DNA of 54,191 nt from Planctomycetota bacterium (lineage in GTDB: Bacteria; Planctomycetota; JAJSAM01): the NCBI GenBank assembly GCA_025459285.1, contig JALOQY010000002.1, positions 1 through 54,191 of the forward strand, given 5' to 3'. The notes below the pieces were generated by a model. That model ran no database searches and was not told the origin of the DNA. It saw only the letters and a list, made by a program, of their open reading frames with translations. The translations under genes were made by a program, and so were the position numbers. Each line of letters begins with the position of its first letter. Within the stretch, counting starts at the first letter, position 1. Shown here in pieces: positions 26,687 through 34,543 of the stretch.

Positions 26687-28095
26687 TTCTGCTCCGCCGG
26701 CGGCAGCACCTCGTCGCCCTCCGTGAGCCCGGCCTTCACGACGGTCCGCCGGCCGTCGGTGGCGCCGAGGACGAGGTCCACCGCCTCCTCGCGGTCCGGA
26801 GCGCGAAGGACGATCGCGAAGGTGCGGCCGTTCTCGCGCCGGACGGCGGAGTTCGGGACGAGCAAGACGTCGCGCCACTCTTCGAGAAGCACGCGGGCCT
26901 TGACGGGGATCCCGATCAGGCGGGGAGCGAGGGGTTCGTCCGGGACGATGACCAGGGCGAAGTTCGCGCCGCGGGGCAGCGGGGCGACCTTCCGGACCAC
27001 GGCCGGGACCGGCGCGGCGCCCGCCGCTTCGGGCGAGATCACGGCCGTCTGCCCCGGGGAGAGCCGGAGTGCCTCCCGCACCGGGATCATGACGGCCGCG
27101 ACGAGGCTTTCGGGATCGATGATCGAGGCCACGGCGGACTGGGCGGCCACGACCGCGCGGGGGGCGAAGACGCGGTCGATCGCTCCCTCCGCCGGCCCGT
27201 GGAGGAGGGTACCATCCACCGGGGCGCGGACCGTCATGGCGGCGCGATCCTCCGTGAGGCGGGCCAGGTCGCGCTCCTGCCGGGCGTACTTGCGCCGTGC
27301 ACGCTCCATTTCGATGGCCCTCGCGCGGCGGTCGATGGTCGCTTCGCGCCGGGCACGGTCGAGTTCCGCGCGGCGGTTCCGGACGGCCAGGCCGAGGTTC
27401 CTCTCGCGCTCGGGCTTCTCGTACTCCTCGGCGAAGGCCCGACCCCGCTGGCGCAGGGCGAAGGACGTCTCGCGGTAGGTGACGTCGAAGCGCGCGCGGT
27501 CGAGGACGATCTTCTCGGTCTCGTCGACCAGCTCGTCCTCGGCGTAGAGCTTCTCGAGTTGGGCGAGTTCGTCGCGGGCGCTCTGGACCCACCGCCTCGA
27601 CTGCTCGGTCTCCAGCTTCTCCCGGTCGTTGTCGAGGGGCTTCGTCACCTCGATCCACGCGCGGAGGTTCTTCTCGGCGGTCGCGAGTTCCAGCTCCTTG
27701 CGCTCCAGCACGTCGGCGGAGACCTCGTCGGCGATGCGGTGGCGCTCGGCCAGGGCGTCGAGGGCGGTCCGGGCCGCCGAGATCTCGAAGCGCGCCTCCT
27801 CGATCGCCTGCGTGATCTCCTCCTCGTCGAAGCGGAAGAGGACGTCCCCGGCCGAGACGCGGGCGCCCGGCTCCAGGACTTCCTGCAGCACGAGGCGGCC
27901 GGAGAAAGCGCGCGTGGTGAGGAGGACCTCCGTCACGCCCTGCGGTTCGAGGCGGCCGGCCCCCTCCGCTTCCACGCGGAGGGCGCCACGCTCGACGAGA
28001 AGGGGCGCCGCCGAACCGGGGGCGGCGAGGAGGAGGCAGGTCGCGAGGAGGGGGAGGGATGGTCGCACGGTTTGTCTCCGGGGATGGACGTTCAC
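26683..28095 (-). CDS. HlyD / efflux-adaptor family membrane-fusion protein
   Basis: The GTG at 28095 overlaps the kinase stop (GTGA). Signal/anchor LPLLATCLLLAAPG. Lipoyl-like hairpin (GARVSAGDVLFRFDE), a long coiled coil, and a C-terminal beta-barrel ending in the typical VKAGLTEGDEV. Confidence 0.8.
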   Translation of the reverse strand: MNVHPRRQTVRPSLPLLATCLLLAAPGSAAPLLVERGALRVEAEGAGRLEPQGVTEVLLTTRAFSGRLVLQEVLEPGARVSAGDVLFRFDEEEITQAIEEARFEISAARTALDALAERHRIADEVSADVLERKELELATAEKNLRAWIEVTKPLDNDREKLETEQSRRWVQSARDELAQLEKLYAEDELVDETEKIVLDRARFDVTYRETSFALRQRGRAFAEEYEKPERERNLGLAVRNRRAELDRARREATIDRRARAIEMERARRKYARQERDLARLTEDRAAMTVRAPVDGTLLHGPAEGAIDRVFAPRAVVAAQSAVASIIDPESLVAAVMIPVREALRLSPGQTAVISPEAAGAAPVPAVVRKVAPLPRGANFALVIVPDEPLAPRLIGIPVKARVLLEEWRDVLLVPNSAVRRENGRTFAIVLRAPDREEAVDLVLGATDGRRTVVKAGLTEGDEVLPPAEQK

Positions 28096-30842
28096 TTGTC
28101 CGGGCTGGCCGCGCCCGGTCCGAGCGGGTACAGGCCGGTCTCGATGCGGCTGTCGGCCTCGCCAGCCGCGGCGCGTTCCACCACGGCGTCGATTTCCGCT
28201 TTGAGGCTCCGCGCCTCCTCGTGGTTGCGGTCCACGCGGAGGGCTTTCTGGCAGGAGGCTAGCGCGTCCTGCACCTTCCCGGCGGCGAGAGCTTCGCGGG
28301 CCTCGGCGAGGGCCGCCGCGATGGCCTGCTGGCGGGGGTCGGCCACCGACGTCGCGGGCGCGACCGGGGAGGCCTTCGAGATCCGGCGGGCGAGTTCCAC
28401 GATTTCGGTGCGGCACGCCGCGGCACCACCGAAGGGCGCGAGGACCGCCGCCGCCGCTCCGGCGTCGCCGCCGTCGAGAAGCGCCCGGGCTTTCGAGACC
28501 GCTTCGACCTGCGCGGCCTCCTCGGCAGCACATCGGGCGAGGAGTTCCGCCGCGCGGGGGTGGTCCGGGACGACGCGCGTCGCGGCCCGGACGAACGCTT
28601 CGGCCAGGGCGGGCAGACGGGCGGCGAGCCGGTTCTCCGCCTCGTCGAGGAAGGCGGCGGCGGTCTCGCAAAGGGCCCGGGCGCGCTCTCCGGCCTTCCG
28701 GGCGCCGACATCCTGCGGGTAGCGCGCGGCCAGGTCGGCGAGCGCGGTCGAGGCCTCCGCGCAACGCCCGGCCGCTACGTCGGAGAGCGCGGCGCGCAGA
28801 CCGTCGGCGAACGCCTTCTCCTCGGCGAGGAGGCGATCCTCGAGATCGGTGGTTGCCCGAGCCCCGGGGAGGACGGCGAGGGCGTCGGCGATCGCGGCCC
28901 GCGCGCGCGGCAGGTCCCGGGCGAGCAGGGCCTCGGCGGCCCGGCCGCGCAGGCGGTCCGCCTGTTCGAGGAGCCCTTCGATGCGCGCCACGGCCTGCCG
29001 GGCGGCCTCGTCGGCCGGCATCGCCGCGAGGGCCTCCTTCCACGCGTCGAGGGCCTTCGTGAAGTCCTGCTCCGCTTCGAGGCGGGCGGCGCGGTCACGG
29101 GCCTCGCGGTGGAGGAGGGCGGAGCGTTCCGCGATCTCGAGGAGGTCCCGCGCCTCGGGGTTCACCGGATCGAGCTCCAGGGCCTTGCGGGCGGCTTCCG
29201 CGGCGTCTCCCGGGTTGCCGGCCTCGGCGAGGATCTTCGCCTCGCCCAGGGCGGAGGTGAGCCCGCTGTCGCGGGCCCCCTCGCGGGCCCGCTTCAGGAG
29301 TTCGGAGATCGGATCGAACCCCGGGAACTTCTCCGCGGCCTCCTCGGCCAGCGGCAGGGCCCGGGCGAACTGGTCGGCGGTCATGAGCGCCTTGAGGCGC
29401 GCGACCGCGCCTTCCCGCTCCGCGATCGCCTGCTCGGCCTGGCGGAGCCCCTCGACGACCATGGAGTTCTCGGGGGAGATCTGCCGCGCCGCGGCGTACC
29501 GGTCCACCGCCTCGGGCAGCCGGCCGGAGGCCACGTAGGACTGGGCTTCGCGCAGGAGGCCGGCCACCTCCCGTTCCCGCGCGAGGTCGGCTCCGCAGTT
29601 CCCGCAGAATCTCGCGACGAGGAAGTCCGGCGTCGAGCAGACCGGGCAGGGGGTGAGGAGGGAGGTGGAGCACTCGCTGCAGCGCTCGGCGCCCAGGTCG
29701 TTGCCGTAGCCGCAGGAGGGGCAGAAGACCTTCTCCTCGGCGGCTTCCTCACCCCGGAGGGCCTTGAGGGCCCGCAGCAGTTCGTCGCACGACGCGAAGC
29801 GTTCGTCCAGGCGGCGGGCCATCATCCGGAAAACGATCTTCTCGATGGCCTCGGGAACCTTGTCGGTGTATTTCCGGAGCGGCGCCGGGTCCGTGCGCAT
29901 GACGTTCATGAGCACTTCCGCCGGTGTGCGGCCGTCGAAGGGGCGCTTGAGGGTCAGGAGATAGTAGAACGTGACGCCGAGGGAGTAGATGTCGGTGCGC
30001 CCGTCGCGAGCCTTGCCCTCGAACTGCTCCGGGGGCATGAAGTAGGGCGTGCCGATGATCGTCGAGTCCTTGTCGGAAGGGTCGTAGACCTTGGCGAGGC
30101 CGAAGTCGGTGATCTTCACCACGCCCTTCGGCGTGATCATGATGTTGCCGGGCTTGATGTCGCGGTGGATGATGTTCTTCTGGTGGGCGGCGGCCAGGCC
30201 GTTCGCGGACTGCGTGATGACGTCCACCGCGCGTTCGACGGAGAAGGCCCCCTCCTGCGACATGATCTCGGAGAGCGTGCGACCCTCGACGTACTCCATG
30301 GCCAGGAAGTGCTGCTGGAGTTCCCGGCAGAAGCCCACGTGGTGGATCTTCACGATGTTCGGGTGGGACAGGAGCGCCGCGGTGCGCGCCTCGCGCAGGA
30401 ACTTCTCCACGAACTCCTTCTTCGTGGTCTTCTCGCGCAGCATGAGCTTGATCGCCACGCGGCGTTTCAGGGACAGGTCGACCGCCTCGTAGACGGAGCC
30501 GTATCCGCCCTGTCCGAGGAGCCGCAGCAGCTCGAACTCGTTATTGACCTTCGTGCCCGCGCCGGGTTCCGGGAGCCCGCCCGCCCGGGGTGGGGGCGGA
30601 GCGGAGGAAGGCGACGGGGCGGGGGAGGAGGATGGGGCGGGGGTCCGGGATCCGGCCGGCGCGGGGACGGGGCGGGATTTCGACACGGACATGGAGTCGC
30701 CCTGGCGGTCCGGAATCCGGAGGATGTTGCGGCAGGAGCCGCACTTGATCTTCGAGCCGGGCTTGAAGGAGGTGACGTCGAAACGCGCCTTGCAGTGCGG
30801 GCAGGCGACGATGATCCGGGAGGATGACTTTTCCGAAGCCAT
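28092..30842 (-). CDS. Ser/Thr protein kinase with N-terminal zinc ribbon, internal double zinc ribbon and C-terminal TPR region
   Basis: CPHCKARF..CGSCRN, then the Hanks core (LGQGGYGSVY, VAIKLM, HRDIKPGNIM, DFGLAKV, GTPYFMPPE). Then CPSCG..CSEC..CPVC..CGNCG, then ~480 aa of TPR-like helical repeats. The start is the internal ATG MASEKSS at 30842. Confidence 0.9.
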   Translation of the reverse strand: MASEKSSSRIIVACPHCKARFDVTSFKPGSKIKCGSCRNILRIPDRQGDSMSVSKSRPVPAPAGSRTPAPSSSPAPSPSSAPPPPRAGGLPEPGAGTKVNNEFELLRLLGQGGYGSVYEAVDLSLKRRVAIKLMLREKTTKKEFVEKFLREARTAALLSHPNIVKIHHVGFCRELQQHFLAMEYVEGRTLSEIMSQEGAFSVERAVDVITQSANGLAAAHQKNIIHRDIKPGNIMITPKGVVKITDFGLAKVYDPSDKDSTIIGTPYFMPPEQFEGKARDGRTDIYSLGVTFYYLLTLKRPFDGRTPAEVLMNVMRTDPAPLRKYTDKVPEAIEKIVFRMMARRLDERFASCDELLRALKALRGEEAAEEKVFCPSCGYGNDLGAERCSECSTSLLTPCPVCSTPDFLVARFCGNCGADLAREREVAGLLREAQSYVASGRLPEAVDRYAAARQISPENSMVVEGLRQAEQAIAEREGAVARLKALMTADQFARALPLAEEAAEKFPGFDPISELLKRAREGARDSGLTSALGEAKILAEAGNPGDAAEAARKALELDPVNPEARDLLEIAERSALLHREARDRAARLEAEQDFTKALDAWKEALAAMPADEAARQAVARIEGLLEQADRLRGRAAEALLARDLPRARAAIADALAVLPGARATTDLEDRLLAEEKAFADGLRAALSDVAAGRCAEASTALADLAARYPQDVGARKAGERARALCETAAAFLDEAENRLAARLPALAEAFVRAATRVVPDHPRAAELLARCAAEEAAQVEAVSKARALLDGGDAGAAAAVLAPFGGAAACRTEIVELARRISKASPVAPATSVADPRQQAIAAALAEAREALAAGKVQDALASCQKALRVDRNHEEARSLKAEIDAVVERAAAGEADSRIETGLYPLGPGAASPDK

Positions 30843-30891
30843 GGCGGGTCTTGCCCTTATAGTCCGCTTTCGGAAGGTCAGCCAGCAAAAC

Positions 30892-30920
30892 TTGACTCCT
30901 GCCGGAGCCGGAACGAGCAT
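30892..30920 (+). promoter_or_regulatory. possible sigma70-type promoter for tRNA-Ala
   Basis: TTGACT (30892-30897), a 17-nt spacer, then GAGCAT (30915-30920), ending about 25 nt before the tRNA 5' end. The -10 element is weak. Confidence 0.25.
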
Positions 30921-30944
30921 GATTGCTTCGATTCAGGCCGGCGT

Positions 30945-31020
30945 GGGGTTGTAGCTCAGTTGGGAGAGCGCCGCACTCGCATTGCGGAGGTCAGGGGTTC
31001 GAATCCCCTCAACTCCACCA
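30945..31020 (+). tRNA. tRNA-Ala (anticodon CGC), CCA encoded
   Basis: Cloverleaf folded by hand. Acceptor GGGGTTG/CAACTCC with the G3:U70 alanine identity pair, and D arm GCTC/GAGC. Anticodon stem CCGCA/TGCGG with loop CTCGCAT. T arm AGGGG-TTCGAAT-CCCCT, then ACCA. Confidence 0.97.
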
Positions 31021-31163
31021 GCCCGCCGCCCTGTCCGGCCCCGGCGTCGGGCCCCGCCCCGGCCAATCGCCGAAGCGGCTTCCCGCAGGCGCGAAGCCCG
31101 AGGCGTCGGGGATGGTCCTCGGAGTCGCGGGGAAGCTGTCCGGCCTGCGTTGGTGAGCGATCC

Positions 31164-32009
31164 ATGTCCGAACCGGTGCGCGCCGTCCTGCGACTCGACG
31201 AACTGCCGAAGGTCAGACTCGCCGGCGAGGGCAACTTCCTCTACAAGGTCCCCTTCGGGGATGGCCACGTCGTGGTGAAGATCTACCGCGGCACCCGCAG
31301 CGCCTTCCTCTACCTGAAGAAGACCTTCGGGAACGTCTGCATCACCGGTCGCACCTCGCACATGCCCCGGGCCCGGCAGCGGACGGAGACGGACTGCATC
31401 CGCGCGTGGGAGAGCCACGGGTTCCGGTGCTTCCGGATGCACCCGGAGATCGAGGTCGAAGGCGTGGACCGCGACCTCTACATGGTCTTCGAATTCGCAC
31501 CCGGACGGCACTTCCGGGACTGGTTCCGCGACGAGTCCGTGCCCTTGCCGGAGCGCCTTCAGACGTGGAGGAAGTTCATCCCGGAGTGGCACCGGCGCCA
31601 CCGCATCGCGGTGGAGACTTCCGACCCCCGGCTCATCCACGAGAACGGGGACGTGAAGCACGTGATGCTGTGGGAGGGTGGCTTCCTCTACTTCGACTTC
31701 GAGATGCTCTACCGGTCTCGGAACGTCCGACTGCTCGTGGGGCGGGAGATCCTCGCCTACATGCGTTCCGTGGGTCGTTTCTTCGGCCCGGAGATGTACG
31801 AGCGGCTCATGGATCTGCTCGTCGAACACTACCCGGACAAGGCACTCCTCCTCGCGGCCTTCGACGTGACGTGGCGTCATCCGAATCCGTTCCTGCGTCT
31901 GGCGCGGTGCCTCGACCGCCTGAAGCCCGGGAACCGCAAGCGGTTCAGCAAGTACAACGTGGCCCTCGACCTCCGGCGCCGCCTGGACCGCGCGTCGATC
32001 GCCGACTGA
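31164..32009 (+). CDS. small protein-kinase-fold protein (Kdo/WaaP/RIO-like)
   Basis: VVVKIYRG (beta3 Lys), ETDCIRAWE (helix C Glu), IHENGDVKHVML (catalytic-loop-like) and LYFDFEM (DFG-like). ATG at 31164. Confidence 0.55.
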   Translation: MSEPVRAVLRLDELPKVRLAGEGNFLYKVPFGDGHVVVKIYRGTRSAFLYLKKTFGNVCITGRTSHMPRARQRTETDCIRAWESHGFRCFRMHPEIEVEGVDRDLYMVFEFAPGRHFRDWFRDESVPLPERLQTWRKFIPEWHRRHRIAVETSDPRLIHENGDVKHVMLWEGGFLYFDFEMLYRSRNVRLLVGREILAYMRSVGRFFGPEMYERLMDLLVEHYPDKALLLAAFDVTWRHPNPFLRLARCLDRLKPGNRKRFSKYNVALDLRRRLDRASIAD

Positions 32010-32797
32010 TGCGGACCCCGGGCCCCATGCGCGGGAACCGTCTCTGGGTCGTCCCGGCGGAGGGCGGGCCGGTTGTCCAGAAGCTCTACGGGCCGCGGTA
32101 TGGACCGATCCGGAGGATGCTCACGGCGTTGGCGGGCCGGAAGACCGGCTGCGCTCCCGAGGCCCGGCGGCGGACGGAGGCGTGCCTGCTCGCTCTCTTC
32201 GCCTCCCACGGCTTCCCCGTTCCCCGGGACCGCTCCGCGGAATTGCCCTGGCTCGCCTCCGACCGGGTGCTCGTTCTGGAGTACGTGGCCGCTCCGCCGC
32301 TCGGGAACATCCTCCGGGAGCGGCTCTTCGACCGGCGCCGCCGGGACGGGCTCCTGGGACGGTTCGCCGCCGCCTGGTGCGCGCGCCACCGGAAGGCCCT
32401 CGACCTCTGTGAACCTCGCCTCGTGCAGGAGCACGGGACCTTCGACCACGTGCTGGTCGACGGAGACCGTTTCGTGACGATCGACCTGGAGCAGGGGTTC
32501 CGGCCGGGGCAACGCGTGGCGCCACTGGTTGCGAAGGAAGTGGCGGGCTACCTGCGGACGCTGTGGAACCGCACCTCCCGGGAGATCTTCGAGGCGGACC
32601 TCCGGGCGATCGTTTCGGGTTACCCGGAGCGCGGGATCCTCCGCAGCGCCGCGGTGGAGTATGTGGGGGGCGACGGACGACGGCCGAAGCTCCGATGGAG
32701 GGTCGATGCCATCCTGCGGAAGTTCGGTGGACGCGGGGCGGCGAAGTATGCTCCGCTCCTCGCGCTCTCGAGGCTCCTGGCCCGCGAGCACGATTGA
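32009..32797 (+). CDS. paralogous kinase-fold protein, catalytic-loop Asp apparently substituted
   Basis: The ATG overlaps the upstream TGA by 1 nt. VVQKLYG, EACLLALFASHGFPVP and VLVLEYV are present. At the position of ENGDVKHV it reads EHGTFDHV. IDLEQ occupies the DFG position. Confidence 0.5.
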   Translation: MRTPGPMRGNRLWVVPAEGGPVVQKLYGPRYGPIRRMLTALAGRKTGCAPEARRRTEACLLALFASHGFPVPRDRSAELPWLASDRVLVLEYVAAPPLGNILRERLFDRRRRDGLLGRFAAAWCARHRKALDLCEPRLVQEHGTFDHVLVDGDRFVTIDLEQGFRPGQRVAPLVAKEVAGYLRTLWNRTSREIFEADLRAIVSGYPERGILRSAAVEYVGGDGRRPKLRWRVDAILRKFGGRGAAKYAPLLALSRLLAREHD

Positions 32798-32850
32798 CAG
32801 CCGGGAGACGTTCCGGTTAGCCTCGGGGGTGTACGAAAGAGGGACGAGAC

Positions 32851-33222
32851 ATGTCGAAGAGCGAAGCGTCCGATCGCCGGCAGTTCCCGCGACTGAGGGA
32901 GTCCTGCCGGATCCGCTTCAAGCGACTGGAGGCCGGGGGGGCGGCGGCGCCGCCGACTCCGGCCCTCACCGTGAACATCAGCGGGGGCGGCGTCCGCTTC
33001 CAGTCGGATGAACCGGCCCAGGCGGGCGAACTGCTGGCGATCGAGCTGACCCTCCCGGAGTTCGCGGACCCCGTCATTGCGCTCGGACGCGTGGTCTGGT
33101 GCGAGTCCCGGCCCGAAGGCGGGCATGAGCTCGGCATGGAATTCTGGTGGGTCGGCTGGGGTGACGACGGAGCCCAGCAGGCCGTCTCGGGCCACATCCG
33201 GAAGGCCCTGGAACGGTCCTGA
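32851..33222 (+). CDS. PilZ domain protein (c-di-GMP-binding motifs present)
   Basis: RRQFPR (RxxxR) followed by NISGGG (D/NxSxxG). Size 123 aa. Confidence 0.8.
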   Translation: MSKSEASDRRQFPRLRESCRIRFKRLEAGGAAAPPTPALTVNISGGGVRFQSDEPAQAGELLAIELTLPEFADPVIALGRVVWCESRPEGGHELGMEFWWVGWGDDGAQQAVSGHIRKALERS

Positions 33223-33229
33223 CCCATCC

Positions 33230-34402
33230 ATGGGACCCTACTGGCTGATCCGCGGACGCGTCATGGGCGCGGGGTACACGGAGCCGGCCGACGCCGCCGA
33301 TCTTCGGGCGGCGGGCATCGCTTCGGTGCTCAGCCTCACCGAGCAGGACCCCTTCGCCCGCGAGCGCCCCGAGGGCTTCCGGTACCGGCACGTGCCGGTG
33401 CGGGACATGACGGCGCCGTCGCCGGGTGACCTCCGGGAGGCCGTCGCCTTCGTGGCGGAGGAGTTCGGGGCCGGGCGTCCGGTCCTCGTCCACTGCGCGG
33501 CGGGGTACGGGCGGACCGGGACGGTCCTCGCGGCTTTCCTCACCTCGCTCGGGCGGGGGCCGGAGGAGGCCATCGCGGAAGTCCGCGCGGTCCGGCCGGG
33601 CGCGGTGGAGACCCCGGAGCAGGAGGAGTGCGTGCGGGCCTTCGCGGCCCGGGAGGCGAAGTTGGCGGATCGACGGCGGGTCCTCGTGAACGGGGCGAAG
33701 GGGCGGATGGGCTCCCTCGCGGTCGAAACGGTCCGCGGGGCGGACGACCTGCTCCTGGTGGGCGAGACGGACCTCGGCGACGACCTCGTGGGCGCCATCC
33801 GCTCGTCCGGCGCGGAGGTCGTCGTGGACTTCACCCACCACTCGGTCGGCCTCGCGTGCCTCGGGAAGATCGTGGAAGGCGGCGCCCGGCCGGTGGCGGG
33901 GACGTCGGGGTTCGGGGATGCGGAGATCGCCGAGGCGCGGCGGATCGTCGAGGCGGCGGGCACCGGGGGCATCGTCGTCCCCAATTTCTCGGTGGGCGCG
34001 GTGCTGATGATGAGGTTCGCGGAGCAGGCGGCGCGCCACCTGCCCCATGCGGAGATCGTGGAGATCCACCACGACCGCAAGGCCGACGCGCCCTCCGGAA
34101 CGGCGGAGCGGACGGCCCGGATCGTTGCGGACGCGCGCCGGGAGGAGCCCCGGCCGCCGGTTTCGGAGAGCGAGCGGCACGCCGGGGCACGCGGCGCGAA
34201 GGTCTCCGGGGTGCGTGTCCACAGCCTGCGCCTGCCCGGGGCCCTCGCCCACCAGGAGGTCCTCTTCTCGGCGGAGGGGGAACTGCTGACGATCCGGCAC
34301 GATTCGCTGAGCCGCGACTCCTTCCGCCGCGGGATCCTCCTCGCGGTGCGGCGGGTGACGGAGATCCGGGGCCTCGCCGTGGGGCTGGAGACGTTCCTGT
34401 GA
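33230..34402 (+). CDS. dapB: fusion ORF: dual-specificity protein phosphatase domain + 4-hydroxy-tetrahydrodipicolinate reductase (DapB)
   Basis: The N-terminal ~140 aa carry VLVHCAAGYGRTG (HCx5R P-loop). The remainder is DapB (VLVNGAKGRMG and EIVEIHHDRKADAPSGTA). There is no stop between the domains. An internal TTG at 33662 is preceded by GGGAGG at 5-nt spacing and could also express DapB alone. Confidence 0.8.
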   Translation: MGPYWLIRGRVMGAGYTEPADAADLRAAGIASVLSLTEQDPFARERPEGFRYRHVPVRDMTAPSPGDLREAVAFVAEEFGAGRPVLVHCAAGYGRTGTVLAAFLTSLGRGPEEAIAEVRAVRPGAVETPEQEECVRAFAAREAKLADRRRVLVNGAKGRMGSLAVETVRGADDLLLVGETDLGDDLVGAIRSSGAEVVVDFTHHSVGLACLGKIVEGGARPVAGTSGFGDAEIAEARRIVEAAGTGGIVVPNFSVGAVLMMRFAEQAARHLPHAEIVEIHHDRKADAPSGTAERTARIVADARREEPRPPVSESERHAGARGAKVSGVRVHSLRLPGALAHQEVLFSAEGELLTIRHDSLSRDSFRRGILLAVRRVTEIRGLAVGLETFL

Positions 34403-34543
34403 CCGCGAATCCCCGGAGTTTCGGTGCCGCCAGCGGACTTCGTGAGCGCGCCCGTCGCGATGGGATTGCGGGCGTGCCCGCGCGGTGACGCCGGGGTGAT
34501 CTTCGGCGGCCAGCATCGCGGGTCAGGATCCCGAGGAGGCTCC

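Noticed and set aside
30945-34402. tRNA-Ala as the attachment site of a genomic island containing the kinase / PilZ / phosphatase genes
   Set aside because: There is no integrase and no direct repeat of the tRNA 3' end downstream that I could find. Base composition and codon bias look the same as in the flanks.
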